Shown one piece after another: positions 1-10,239 of a DNA stretch of 64,000 nucleotides. A model generated the notes under the pieces. That model made no database searches. It was not told the DNA's origin and worked only from the letters and a program-made list of their open reading frames with translations. This DNA is from Promethearchaeota archaeon (GTDB taxonomy: Archaea > Asgardarchaeota > Lokiarchaeia > Sigyniarchaeales > SOKP01), in the NCBI GenBank assembly GCA_029838195.1, contig JALGVJ010000007.1, positions 32,001 to 96,000 of the forward strand, in the 5' to 3' direction. Position 1 is the stretch's first letter, and the number at the start of each line of letters is the position of its first letter. A program made the position numbers and the translations under genes.

Positions 1-58
1 TTGTTATTAATTCATTGATAATATCACGATAATACAGAAAATAGATCGCTCTGAAAAG

Positions 59-709
59 ATGGTAGAGATTTTACAGCGGAATGAAAATTTTTATACCACA
101 AAGGAATCAGTTCTCGTAGAATTAATGAAAGAAGGGCATGATTTTTTGGAGTTATTTGACATTGATGCGGTATTGAAGCGGGAAACTATTTCCTTATTGT
201 ATCAATTTTTCAAGAGATGTGAGAATTTTCCCCACAATGCGTTTAAATTTTTTATTGCTGGGTATTATATTATTGAGAGGCATCCGAAGGCGTTTCCGGT
301 ACACGATTCAAAGGAAGAGTTTTGTCGTAGGTTTGGGATAAAGGTGAGTGCTTTGGACTATAGTGTAAGGCGGATTGAGGACGTCTTGCATTTGACGAGG
401 ATATTAGATGATAAGAATTATCCATATTATTTTGATCCGAGGCGGGATATTTGTTTTTTATTGGTGAAGCAGATTGCGGTGCGGAAAGTGGATGCTGCGA
501 TGATGGATTTTTTAGTGAAAAGCGAGTTAGTTAATTCTCATGCGTTGGCGGAGGAGTTAGTAAATGAGGTTATATTTGAGAGGAAGTTATATCCAGAGGA
601 GCTTTTTCGTCAATTTTTTGAAATTTTCCAAGATATTATCGTGCATCTTTTGGGGCGTTATGAGGAATATAATGAATATATCAAGCTTCAGGAGAGATAT
701 TTTATTTAA
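59..709 (+). CDS. Hypothetical protein with a possible cyclin/TFIIB-like helical box
   Basis: 216-aa ORF followed by an oligo-T tract. Residues ~28-110 follow the TFB cyclin-repeat pattern (helix, 'IAGYYIIER', P, 'EEFCRRFGIKVSALDYSVRRI'). Fold call is by eye. Confidence 0.6.
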   Translation: MVEILQRNENFYTTKESVLVELMKEGHDFLELFDIDAVLKRETISLLYQFFKRCENFPHNAFKFFIAGYYIIERHPKAFPVHDSKEEFCRRFGIKVSALDYSVRRIEDVLHLTRILDDKNYPYYFDPRRDICFLLVKQIAVRKVDAAMMDFLVKSELVNSHALAEELVNEVIFERKLYPEELFRQFFEIFQDIIVHLLGRYEEYNEYIKLQERYFI

Positions 710-728
710 TCTCTTTTTTATTATTTTA
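710..728 (+). terminator. Oligo-T archaeal-type terminator
   Basis: T-rich run directly after the stop at 709. Similar runs follow 2152 and 3896. Confidence 0.45.
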
Positions 729-1048
729 TTAAAATTTTTTCCCCAATCTCGTGCTCTCATTTAATTTTGATTCGTGTATTCACGCATGATGTAGCAAGAA
801 GCTTCGCAAACATATATTGGACCGAATCGGTGGATTTTTCGGTTTAAATGGCCCATTCATTTATGTAATTCGGATTCTGTTTAAAGGGCGTGAGGTTAAT
901 GACTCGTAAAATAATAAATAAACAATAATTAAATTTGTTATAATTGAAAAGAAACTATTTTAATATCTAAAGACGATTATTAAATTAAAAAACAATACTA
1001 ATTAAACATATTTTAAATATTTCAAATAAAAAATAGGAGAAAAGAATC

Positions 1049-2152
1049 ATGGAAAGTGAAACCATTTATCGTGCTTTGCAAAGACACCTTGATACTCTTC
1101 CCATCGGCTTTCCGGAAACGGAATCCGGCATAGAGATAAAAATCCTAAAACATCTTTTTACTCCCGAAGAGGCCGAAATGGCTACTTTTCTGGATTTTAA
1201 ATTTCAGGCTCTTGAGGTCATCCATGACCGAGTGAAGAAAAATAAAAAGGACATTTCGCTTGCTGAATTAGAAGCCATCCTTGATTCGGCAGTTTCGAAA
1301 GGCGCCATTCTTGTTAAAAAAGAAAATGGGAAAAAGCATTATGCCAATGCCATGTTCATGATCGGCATGTATGACATTCAAACGCATCGGAAAAACGAAA
1401 AGCTCTTGGAATTTTTAAATGATTCCAGTCAATTTTTTAAAGAGGCGTTTGATGAGGAGATGTTTAGCACGGGAATTAATCAATTTCGCATCGTTCCCAT
1501 AAATAAAAGCTTGACCGTGGAACATCATGTAATGTCTCACGATAATATTCGGGAAATCATTAAAAATACTAAAGGGCCAATCGTGGTGGGGCACTGCGTG
1601 TGCAGAACCAAGCAAAAATTACGGGGAGATCCTTGCAAGCAAACGAAATTACTTGAAACATGCTTTGTACTCAACGAAACTTTCGCTCAAATGTATATTG
1701 ATCAAGGTTGGGGAAGACAAATAAGTAAAGAAGAGGCGTTGGAAATTTTAGACAAAACGGAAGAGGATGGCTTAGTATTTCAGCCGGGAAATGCCCAGAG
1801 ACCTGGTTCTCTCTGCTGTTGCTGTAGTTGTTGCTGTGGCTATTTATCTGATATGAAAAAATTACCTCGGCCTGTCGATTTCCTCAAATCAAACTTCCAT
1901 GCGGAAGTGGACGCTGATGATTGCGATGGTTGTGGGATTTGCATTGATAAGTGTAATATGGAGGCGCTAACTCTTATCAACGACATTTCTACCGTGAACT
2001 TGGATAAATGCATCGGTTGCGGGGCGTGCGTGACCGCTTGTCCTTCAGAGGCCATCCAGCTTCGTGAAAAAGAAGAGAAATTCATTCCACCAGAAGATTG
2101 GGATGCATTATACACCATGATTGCGGAAAAAAAGAGAGAGCTTAAACATTAA
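1049..2152 (+). CDS. Fe-S protein: N-terminal winged HTH-like region, Cys-rich middle, C-terminal 2x[4Fe-4S] ferredoxin domain
   Basis: CVC..C..C and CCCCSCCC motifs, then CDGCGICIDKC and CIGCGACVTACP. GGAG RBS. Paralog of 22484-23626. Confidence 0.85.
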   Translation: MESETIYRALQRHLDTLPIGFPETESGIEIKILKHLFTPEEAEMATFLDFKFQALEVIHDRVKKNKKDISLAELEAILDSAVSKGAILVKKENGKKHYANAMFMIGMYDIQTHRKNEKLLEFLNDSSQFFKEAFDEEMFSTGINQFRIVPINKSLTVEHHVMSHDNIREIIKNTKGPIVVGHCVCRTKQKLRGDPCKQTKLLETCFVLNETFAQMYIDQGWGRQISKEEALEILDKTEEDGLVFQPGNAQRPGSLCCCCSCCCGYLSDMKKLPRPVDFLKSNFHAEVDADDCDGCGICIDKCNMEALTLINDISTVNLDKCIGCGACVTACPSEAIQLREKEEKFIPPEDWDALYTMIAEKKRELKH

Positions 2153-2471
2153 TTTTAATTAATATTTTTTTATTTTTTTAAGAATCATGGGGGGAATATT
2201 TACATTTTTTTCTTGCTCGTTTTAAGGTCGTGGAAACTAATCGCCGATGGGAAGTTATAGAGAGAGTTAGAAAGCGATTGAATTCATGCCATCATTTTGT
2301 CAATATTATAATCAACCTTTCATTCTTAAAGAATTCAAGTAAACATGATAAAATCAGAAAAAATTAAATCAATGAATCAATAAAATGAAAAGTATTTAAA
2401 TATATAAGAAGAAAATTAATATAATCAACAATTAAAAATGATTAAATAAAGTTAAATTAGGGGAAAGAATT

Positions 2472-3896
2472 ATGAATGAGGTTACATTTGATGATAAAAT
2501 ATCGCGACATTCGACCTTAACTTTTTTTTCTTTTGCTTTTTATCAATTTCCCGCATCTTTAGTTACTACAGCCCAAACGGTCGTTTTGTTCTTCTTTTAT
2601 GAAGCCGTTATAGGATTAAATACTTGGTTAGTATTCCTTGGATTTACCATAGCAACCATTTGGGATGCTATAAACGATCCATTATTAGGGTTTCTCACTG
2701 ACAGGAACATTCGGTTAACGAAACGCTTGGGCCGGCGATTTCCGTGGATCTTATTTGGAGTAATCCCATGGTCATTCTCGCTTCTTTTCATTTACATGCC
2801 TCCTCCTCTTGATCCCGTGTCTCAAGGTTGGCTTTTAACTCTTTGGTTAATATTTGCGCTTTGTTTTTTCGATACTTTTCACACGCTCATTTATGTACAA
2901 ATTGTAGCCCTTCGTGCGGATAAATTCAGGACAGAAGAAGAACGGAGGAGATTATCTCAATTTTTTGTCCCGATCGATGCAATTTCCTCAGTTACAGGGA
3001 GTATTTTGCCACCTCTTTTTCTTGGATTGGGAGAGGGCAATGAGGGTTTTGCCATAATGGCGATCTTGATTTCCATCATCACGCTCGCCTCGTCTTTCAT
3101 CTTTTTACCGGGCACCAAAGAAGATGAGATAATGATAAAACGGTATTTTGAGCAAGAATTTAAAAGAATGGGATTTTTTACCGGTTTGAGGGAATTATTC
3201 AAATCTAAAGCGTTTATAGTATTTATTCTGACCTTTATCTTTTTCGAGATCACAATGGGCATGTTGACGGGCAACACGATATATTTAGCTACGTTTGCTT
3301 TGCGGGACTCGGATTTGACAACGGTAATTCTCTTAGTATTTCTCTTGGCAGCGATAATTTCGGTTCCCTTTTGGACTAAATTAATGAAGAAATGGGATAA
3401 TAATAAAAAGGTATTTCAAATTGGGGGGTTTGCCACGTGTCTTGCCTTGATTCCGATAACTTTTTTTGTCACGCTCGTGGACTTGTTAATATTCACGTTT
3501 ATTCTTGGATTCATGCTTGGTAGCATGTGGGCTTTACTGCTTCCCGTGATTCAACCGAATGTTTTGGACGATTTTGTGATTCAAACGAAAAAGGACCAAA
3601 AAGGAGTTTTAATAGGAATTACCACGTTTATCGTGCGTTTTTCGGCCACCATTGATGAATTAATTTTGACGATAGTTCATAATCTAACGGGGTTTTTACC
3701 AGGTTACGATACTTATGAAAAAATGGCCGCAGTTGTAGGGGACATGACACCCGTGGTCTGGGGAATTCGATGTTTGATGGGAGTCATTCCGGCACTAATC
3801 TTATTTATCGGTATTTTCATTTTCTGGAAATTTTATCCTCTCACGCAGGATAAAGTCCATCAAAATAAACTTATATTAGAAGAATTGAAATTTTAA
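2472..3896 (+). CDS. MFS glycoside-pentoside-hexuronide (MelB/GPH-like) sugar transporter
   Basis: ~12 TM helices; WDAINDPLLGFLTDR and GRRFPW signatures. Confidence 0.9.
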   Translation: MNEVTFDDKISRHSTLTFFSFAFYQFPASLVTTAQTVVLFFFYEAVIGLNTWLVFLGFTIATIWDAINDPLLGFLTDRNIRLTKRLGRRFPWILFGVIPWSFSLLFIYMPPPLDPVSQGWLLTLWLIFALCFFDTFHTLIYVQIVALRADKFRTEEERRRLSQFFVPIDAISSVTGSILPPLFLGLGEGNEGFAIMAILISIITLASSFIFLPGTKEDEIMIKRYFEQEFKRMGFFTGLRELFKSKAFIVFILTFIFFEITMGMLTGNTIYLATFALRDSDLTTVILLVFLLAAIISVPFWTKLMKKWDNNKKVFQIGGFATCLALIPITFFVTLVDLLIFTFILGFMLGSMWALLLPVIQPNVLDDFVIQTKKDQKGVLIGITTFIVRFSATIDELILTIVHNLTGFLPGYDTYEKMAAVVGDMTPVVWGIRCLMGVIPALILFIGIFIFWKFYPLTQDKVHQNKLILEELKF

Positions 3897-3989
3897 GAGA
3901 TTCAATTCTTTTTTTTATTTTTTTTTTTAATAATGGGGCAAGGGAGGTAAATTGAATTAGTTAAGGAGACGGTTCCCGCTTATTTCGGT

Positions 3990-4844
3990 TTAATCATAGG
4001 GATTTAGCCTCGTAATAATTTTTTTAATCTTGGAAAAAAATCCAAACATTAAACTTGCTTCTTTTTTCGAGATAAAAGCTCGTTCCATCATGTTTTTGAA
4101 AGCAAAGAGAACATTTCCTTTTTTGTGGGTTCTTATTTTAAGCAATTCTGTAACATCTTGAATGAACGAGTATAATTTTTCTCGATCTTCCCTCGTGGCT
4201 AATAAAACGGGTTTTTCGCCCCTTCCTATCTCTAAAACGTGAATTTTTTTAAAAATTTCGTACAAAATAATTCCACACGCATGAGAGAGGTTCAATGCCG
4301 GATAATCATTACTGGTGGGAATTCTTAAAATAATATCAGCGAGCCCAATTTCTGTATTCGTTAACCCCCGGGATTCTCTTCCGAACATGATGGCAATTTT
4401 TAGAGGATGCCGGGAGGTAGGGAATTTCAGATCATGGGGAAAAATCGCTAATCGTCTCAGATTCGTGTAACGAGTTCCGCTTGCGGTAGTACCGATTATT
4501 AAATCGAATTTTATTAAAAAATTTTTTAAATTTAAGATATATGAATCAGGATCTTTAAATTCTAATATTTTTGATGAGAACAAGACATCCTTTCCATGCA
4601 TTGCATATCCTTGAGCTTCATGACCGTGAATTCTTTCTTTCTTTACTAAGGGATTAATGAGAATTAATTTCTTAAACCCAAAATTTTTCATGAGCCGAGC
4701 GATGGACCCAATATTTCCAATAGTTTCCGGTTTGATTAATAGGATGGTAAATGACCAATCTTTATATTTATTTTTAATTCTCGTTCCTTGAAATGTAGCT
4801 AAATCTCGGAATAATTTCTTTTTATCCTTCAGAGAAAAAAACAC
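3990..4844 (-). CDS. trmJ: SPOUT tRNA/rRNA methyltransferase, TrmJ/LasT family
   Basis: GNIGSIARLMKNFG, FGRESRGLTN and YPALNLSHA motifs. Start uncertain (GTG 4844 or CTG 4832). Confidence 0.85.
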   Translation of the reverse strand: MFFSLKDKKKLFRDLATFQGTRIKNKYKDWSFTILLIKPETIGNIGSIARLMKNFGFKKLILINPLVKKERIHGHEAQGYAMHGKDVLFSSKILEFKDPDSYILNLKNFLIKFDLIIGTTASGTRYTNLRRLAIFPHDLKFPTSRHPLKIAIMFGRESRGLTNTEIGLADIILRIPTSNDYPALNLSHACGIILYEIFKKIHVLEIGRGEKPVLLATREDREKLYSFIQDVTELLKIRTHKKGNVLFAFKNMMERAFISKKEASLMFGFFSKIKKIITRLNPYD

Positions 4845-5282
4845 CTATTGAATTGCTTTTTATATCCATGAAAGAATAAAAACATTAAAAAGGTATTCAT
4901 TTAATAAGAATTAAGAAACGATACGGTTCATTTTGAAATCCTTGATTAAAAACTCAATAAATTCTTCATTTTGATGACGACGGTGTTTAATTATTGAGTT
5001 TAATGAGCAGTATAATCTTTTAAGTTTTTAATATTCATTCTTTAAATAGATTTCTAAAATTTCATGTTTTAAGTTGGAATTTATCTGATTTAGCTAACGT
5101 TTTTAAATATTGAGATTTAAAACTTTTTTAAATAAAGAAATTGTTGAAGTAGGAGAAAAAACCGCATTTTTTAGTTGCATAACTTAAATTATCTTACTTT
5201 TTCAAGATCTTGTTCTTATCTTTTAAAATTTCATGGAACAATAACTTATAGAGACCTTTTTATATTTAATTTAAAATCAATT

Positions 5283-5402
5283 ACGTGTCCCTCAATAGGT
5301 TTCCTCTTTTAAAAAATCAGAATTTTTTTTTTCACGTCTTATTTTTTTTTAACTCTAGATTTTAAAATTCCTTTTGTATTATTTTTCCCTTGAGGGACAC
5401 GT
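5283..5402. repeat. Perfect 13-bp inverted repeat enclosing 94 bp
   Basis: ACGTGTCCCTCAA at 5283-5295 and TTGAGGGACACGT at 5390-5402, GC-rich arms in an AT-rich spacer. Confidence 0.85.
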
Positions 5403-5597
5403 TCTTTTTTATTTTTTTGAATTTTTTTTTGTTAGAAAACTTTATTCTATTCTAATTCTATGGGGCTTGATAAATGCCAACGAGGATATTCTTGCTCTTT
5501 TTTACTACCTTTTTACGTGAAATTTTGATCATTCAAGGTTTGATGAGACCCCTATTTTTGAGGGATTTTAATAATTTAATAAAAAAAATATCTTGAT

Positions 5598-7787
5598 ATG
5601 GAAAAAAAGTTAAGGTATCTTTTGATTCTAATCATTGTATCTTTTTCCATATTTTTAAGTAGTCCAGTGGTTAGAGCTGACTATTCTGTAGATTACCTAT
5701 ACGTGGAAAAAACTCACTATTTCATTGATGAGGACATGTATTTTAATTTTTCTGCATTTAATGATTATGACCCCAATCCTCCCCTTGTAGATTCTTTTTT
5801 TCAAATCCATGTAGATTATAGTGAAGGAGGAGAGCCTCGTTTAGCCACTCCCATATGGGCGAGTCCAGAATATAGAGAAGTTGGTTTCGTAAGACATGAA
5901 TTTACCATTTCGCTTACAGATTTAAATCTCACAATAGATCAAGATGAGAATCAGACTACAATATATATCAAACTACGCTATTATAATTTTGACTATTTTC
6001 ATCCTGAAAATGAAATGGATGTTTATCTTTCAAGTTATACAAAACAGGTGAACGTGAGTAAGCGAGGAACTGGTTGTTTTACCTTAAATGCATTACAAAT
6101 GGATCGGGATGAATATTATTTTAAAAATTCAATGAGGATCAACACTTCTTTTTCCCTTAATTACACGGTAAAGCCGGGTGAAAATCATGCCAAAATTCAG
6201 TATAGGATTTTAAATATTTCTGATGCCATCCTTTGGAATAGTGCGTGGTATAATAAATCAAAACCTCAATTGGATTTTCACGTGAATCTTTCTAATCTAC
6301 ATCTTTCCATTACTGAGCCCCGTCATTTTTTAAAGATATTCATTAACTATTCTTTTCACGTAAATGATACGGGCTCGATTTACATGGAACAATATACCAT
6401 TCCTTTTAATATTTCGACTGATCCTTTAGATAATATTAAGATGAGCTATCTTTATGTTGAAACTCCTTCTTATTATTATGGAGAGCCTGTACGTTTTGGC
6501 TTTTCCTATGAAATATATGATAATTGCAACGTGCATTTTTCGTTTTCAGTAAATGTATCAAACAAGGGAACTATTTTATGGAATTCTTCAAAATATTCAG
6601 ATATACGGAAGAACATTCAATTTTCGATATATTCACATGAAATCTTACTTCATATGGAAGAGAATCAAGAAATATTCTCTATTTCTTTCTTTTTTCATTT
6701 CAACCATTCTGAAGCGATTTATTTAGTTAATACCACAAATTTTATCTTGTTGAAGAGTAATATCTCATGTACTCTTAATTATAATTCCACGCTAGAATAT
6801 TTCCAAAATCAAATAATTGATTTAAATCTTTCTAATCTCTATAATGCCTCGTTGCCATTATTCGGAAATTGTACATTTAAAGTTCAAAACAGCGAAATTG
6901 TAAAGGAAGTCAATGATAATCGGGTTAATTTCACCCTTTTTTATCAAAATTTAAGTGTGGGGGTAAACACGGTTACTTTTAAGATTCATTGCGATAATCA
7001 TGAACAAATGATCATTAATCGTACCATTACATTAATAAAATTAAAGGCCTCTAATTTATCCATTGAAATTCATCATGATTCTACGATGGAAATTTTCCAG
7101 AGCCAAGAAATTCTTCTCACTTTAAAGCATGCCAAGGAGCCGTCAAGACAGCTCACCGGGAATGTTTCGCTTTCCATTATCAGAGAGGGTAAGAATGAAA
7201 CTTCTAAATTTTCAAAATCACTCATTAATAATGAGGTAGTATTTCCCATATCGCATGATAATCTGAGTATCGGAATTAACAATTTAATTTTCATAATTGA
7301 GTGTGAAGGATTTGAAGAGGTACAAATAAAGAAGATAATCGAATTATCAAAATTAAATGTTACAATGATGGTTAATTTAACCATCACGGAAGAATGGATT
7401 AAGGGTACAGCATTATTTAAATACAAGCAACATGAGATATTTCATGAACTTAAAAATGGGAAAATTATTCTTATTTTAATTGCAAATAATTCGGTAATTA
7501 ATAAAACCATTTACACGACAAATGAAAGTGGAATCATTTCATTCTTTCAGGAAATTCCGCCCGATATTATTACGTTAATCATTGAATATAGGGGAAACGA
7601 TTATTTAACAAGGATACAAAAAGAATTCATGATTGATAATCGAAAAGAGATATCGCTTGTAGAACGATATCCGTTTTTAGGATTTTCTTCCATAATTGCG
7701 CTCGTTGGCCTGATAATGGGTTATGTAATTTATAAAAATAAAGATAAAGGACAGGTTGATTTAGAAAAATATATTTTTAGAAAATAG
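5598..7787 (+). CDS. Membrane-anchored cell-surface glycoprotein with tandem beta-rich (Ig-like) repeats
   Basis: N-terminal signal peptide (..VRA-D), C-terminal TM helix with basic tail, many N-x-S/T sequons, repeated YLYVE..Y and (I/P)xW(N/A)S..Y motifs. Confidence 0.8.
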   Translation: MEKKLRYLLILIIVSFSIFLSSPVVRADYSVDYLYVEKTHYFIDEDMYFNFSAFNDYDPNPPLVDSFFQIHVDYSEGGEPRLATPIWASPEYREVGFVRHEFTISLTDLNLTIDQDENQTTIYIKLRYYNFDYFHPENEMDVYLSSYTKQVNVSKRGTGCFTLNALQMDRDEYYFKNSMRINTSFSLNYTVKPGENHAKIQYRILNISDAILWNSAWYNKSKPQLDFHVNLSNLHLSITEPRHFLKIFINYSFHVNDTGSIYMEQYTIPFNISTDPLDNIKMSYLYVETPSYYYGEPVRFGFSYEIYDNCNVHFSFSVNVSNKGTILWNSSKYSDIRKNIQFSIYSHEILLHMEENQEIFSISFFFHFNHSEAIYLVNTTNFILLKSNISCTLNYNSTLEYFQNQIIDLNLSNLYNASLPLFGNCTFKVQNSEIVKEVNDNRVNFTLFYQNLSVGVNTVTFKIHCDNHEQMIINRTITLIKLKASNLSIEIHHDSTMEIFQSQEILLTLKHAKEPSRQLTGNVSLSIIREGKNETSKFSKSLINNEVVFPISHDNLSIGINNLIFIIECEGFEEVQIKKIIELSKLNVTMMVNLTITEEWIKGTALFKYKQHEIFHELKNGKIILILIANNSVINKTIYTTNESGIISFFQEIPPDIITLIIEYRGNDYLTRIQKEFMIDNRKEISLVERYPFLGFSSIIALVGLIMGYVIYKNKDKGQVDLEKYIFRK

Positions 7788-8129
7788 GGATTTTAAGATG
7801 ATATTAAAGATCCCTTTAATTCATGGTAAAGAAATGATTGAAAATAAAAAAACGGGTGTTTTATACTTAACCTTTTCTTGTGAAAATTCAAGTTTCAGTA
7901 TTCACGATTAGCATTTTTTTTTTGTTCAATAAAAATAAAATTGTAAAATTCGGAATATGATCTAAAATCATGGGAATAATACTCTATTTTTTTAAGAAGA
8001 GTTTCATTTAAAATACGTGATTTTTATATATCTATTAAGTAGTAAAATTAACATGATTAATTAATTTAAACAAATTAGGTACATTTTTCAAATCTTCCCC
8101 CGAATTTACAATATATTCCTTTAATAAAG

Positions 8130-8735
8130 ATGAAAAAGGCGGCTGTATTAAAAAATTTGGAAGAAATTATTAATTTCATTAATATTAGCAATGAAACGAT
8201 GACTCTTGTCGAGTGGAAGTCTCCTCGCTCTTTCAAGAGTTTCATTTTAGATTTAAACATAATAAAAGAACATGCGACGGAGAATATATTCTTCCATTTA
8301 AACAAGGGAAACTTGAAAATCGTTCATATTAGAAAAGAAGATTTAATATATACCATAGGAGCGGAAAGTCATGTTCAATATCAGATTTTAGAAGCGATTT
8401 TAGAACACGTGTATCAGAGTTTTAATGAAACTTATGATATTAAAACCATTTTCTCTTCCTACTTAGATGTAAATCCAATCATTTTTAAGAATTTTAAAAA
8501 TGAGTTAGATAATATAATGAATAATTTTGATGAGTTAAATTTAATTCAAAAGGCAGATGTCTACTGTCCTGCATGCAAAAAGATGATGCCTGTTTATATA
8601 AAGAAAAGTATAATTAAAAACGCGGAGTTCTTTCCCATTCCCATCGTATACTCTCATCAAGGTCATGCTATTTTAATTTATGTGGACCAAAATTTGGATA
8701 TTAGAGGCGTGGAGTTAGTATCTATTACGGGTTAA
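8130..8735 (+). CDS. Asgard-type protein: putative longin-like N-domain plus C-terminal Zn-binding domain
   Basis: C-terminal CPAC...H.GH..IYVD....RG motif. N-terminal beta-beta-helix pattern resembles longin (by eye). Confidence 0.6.
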   Translation: MKKAAVLKNLEEIINFINISNETMTLVEWKSPRSFKSFILDLNIIKEHATENIFFHLNKGNLKIVHIRKEDLIYTIGAESHVQYQILEAILEHVYQSFNETYDIKTIFSSYLDVNPIIFKNFKNELDNIMNNFDELNLIQKADVYCPACKKMMPVYIKKSIIKNAEFFPIPIVYSHQGHAILIYVDQNLDIRGVELVSITG

Positions 8736-8821
8736 ACTAAAATTTAATTTAAAAGTCATGAAAATCTTTTAATAAATAAATGAATTTAAACCGAAATTTT
8801 CCCTATGAAAGGAAAAACATA

Positions 8822-8965
8822 ATGGCAGATAAAGAAAATATCTTGATATGCAAGTATTGTGGCAGAGAAATTGAGGAGGAGGAAGCTATTTACGTTGAGG
8901 GAGAACCATACTGCTCAGATTGTTATTCAGAAGCAGAATTTTATTCAGATATCCCCGACGATTAA
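8822..8965 (+). CDS. Small treble-clef zinc-finger protein resembling half a LIM domain
   Basis: CKYC-x17-CSDC with 'EGEPYCSDCY'. ATG 8822 follows an AAGGA RBS; the ORF track start at 8780 is probably too long. Confidence 0.7.
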   Translation: MADKENILICKYCGREIEEEEAIYVEGEPYCSDCYSEAEFYSDIPDD

Positions 8966-9127
8966 ATATTTCAGATTTTTTCCCATAAAAAACGTACATC
9001 TCTCATTTTTTATTTAGTTTAAATAATCAAAAACCCTAAATAAATAGAATTTTATATAATTAGTTTTTTTTTATATCAATAATTAAGGTTCACGTTTAGA
9101 TAAAAAGCACGTGATTTGAAATTTACC

Positions 9128-10144
9128 ATGAAAGATGAGCCCAATTCTGAAAAGCAATATTATTATGAAGGAATTGTAAAGAAAACTAAAATGGGTTCAA
9201 TTACAATTCCTAAAGAGATTAGAGAGGATCTTTTTGAAAAAGAAGCGGAAGTCTATTTCAAATTATTAATTCCATTGGATAAAAAAAAGTTAATTTTACA
9301 GGTGCTTTCAAAAGAAGAGGCTGACGAATTCTTACAAAAAAGCAAAAAATTGAAGCCAGAAAAAATCCTTGGCGTGTCTAAAAAGGGAAAAAAAGCGATT
9401 TCTCCCTCAATGAAGGCTAAACTTGAACCGGCGTGGTCTACTTATTTTACCTATGATTTTGAAAACCAAGCAAAAGTGAAGGCGATATTAGAATCAGCAT
9501 TTTATAAATTCGCAGAAAATCCCCCCAATTTAGAGGATGCAATGGGTAGAATAAAATATGTACTAGTATCGTATCTCACGTCTATAAAAACCGAAAATGC
9601 GAAATTATATTTTGCGGTAGAAAAATTTTTACTTGATGTTGTTGAGAAATTTAATCTTCCGAACCTCTTGGATTGGATTTTTGAAAAAATGATTCCCAAT
9701 ATTGAAAGTAAATTTCTTTATGAATTAGGATTGCTCGAATTAATTGAATGTTCCATTAAATTTGAACGATGGGAAAAGGTGGAATTATATATTTTTTACG
9801 TGTTGAAAAATATAGATAGTTATTCTGCTTCTGAAAGCTATAATATCATGAATTCCTTTAAGCAGTTAGTAAAAAAGTTAAAATGGGTTAAAAGGACAGA
9901 GAAAATTGATGTTTTGTTAAAAGAAAAATTGTTGGAATATGGTCAAAAAGTATTTGATGATATTGATTATAAAATTCAAATTGTTGAATTTTTGGAAGAT
10001 TTAAATTACATTGAGTTAGCATACAAATTAGCGAAAGAAATTCAATTATCTCTTCCACAAGATAGTCCTAGAGTAGAATTAGTAAGAAAATTGGTGAAAA
10101 GACTTCATATTACACCCATTACCGAGAAAAAGCAAACATTTTAG
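9128..10144 (+). CDS. AbrB/SpoVT-like N-terminal domain fused to an alpha-helical solenoid
   Basis: 'KKTKMGSITIPKEIREDL' swapped-hairpin motif, Lys-rich linker, all-helical C-terminal ~230 aa. Alternative TTG start at 9116. Confidence 0.65.
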   Translation: MKDEPNSEKQYYYEGIVKKTKMGSITIPKEIREDLFEKEAEVYFKLLIPLDKKKLILQVLSKEEADEFLQKSKKLKPEKILGVSKKGKKAISPSMKAKLEPAWSTYFTYDFENQAKVKAILESAFYKFAENPPNLEDAMGRIKYVLVSYLTSIKTENAKLYFAVEKFLLDVVEKFNLPNLLDWIFEKMIPNIESKFLYELGLLELIECSIKFERWEKVELYIFYVLKNIDSYSASESYNIMNSFKQLVKKLKWVKRTEKIDVLLKEKLLEYGQKVFDDIDYKIQIVEFLEDLNYIELAYKLAKEIQLSLPQDSPRVELVRKLVKRLHITPITEKKQTF

Positions 10145-10239
10145 TGAAATAATTGGGCATTGCATTTAATTTCAAGGACCTTTCAAAAATGAGAGAGTTT
10201 ATACGTGGAAATCTCAAGAGGATTTAAATTTTCTAAATA

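Noticed and set aside
779-894. Possible structured or box C/D-like RNA (TCACGC...GCGTGA ends, ATGATG near the 5' end)
   Set aside because: Box C is imperfect, there is no terminal CTGA box D, and the helices are short.
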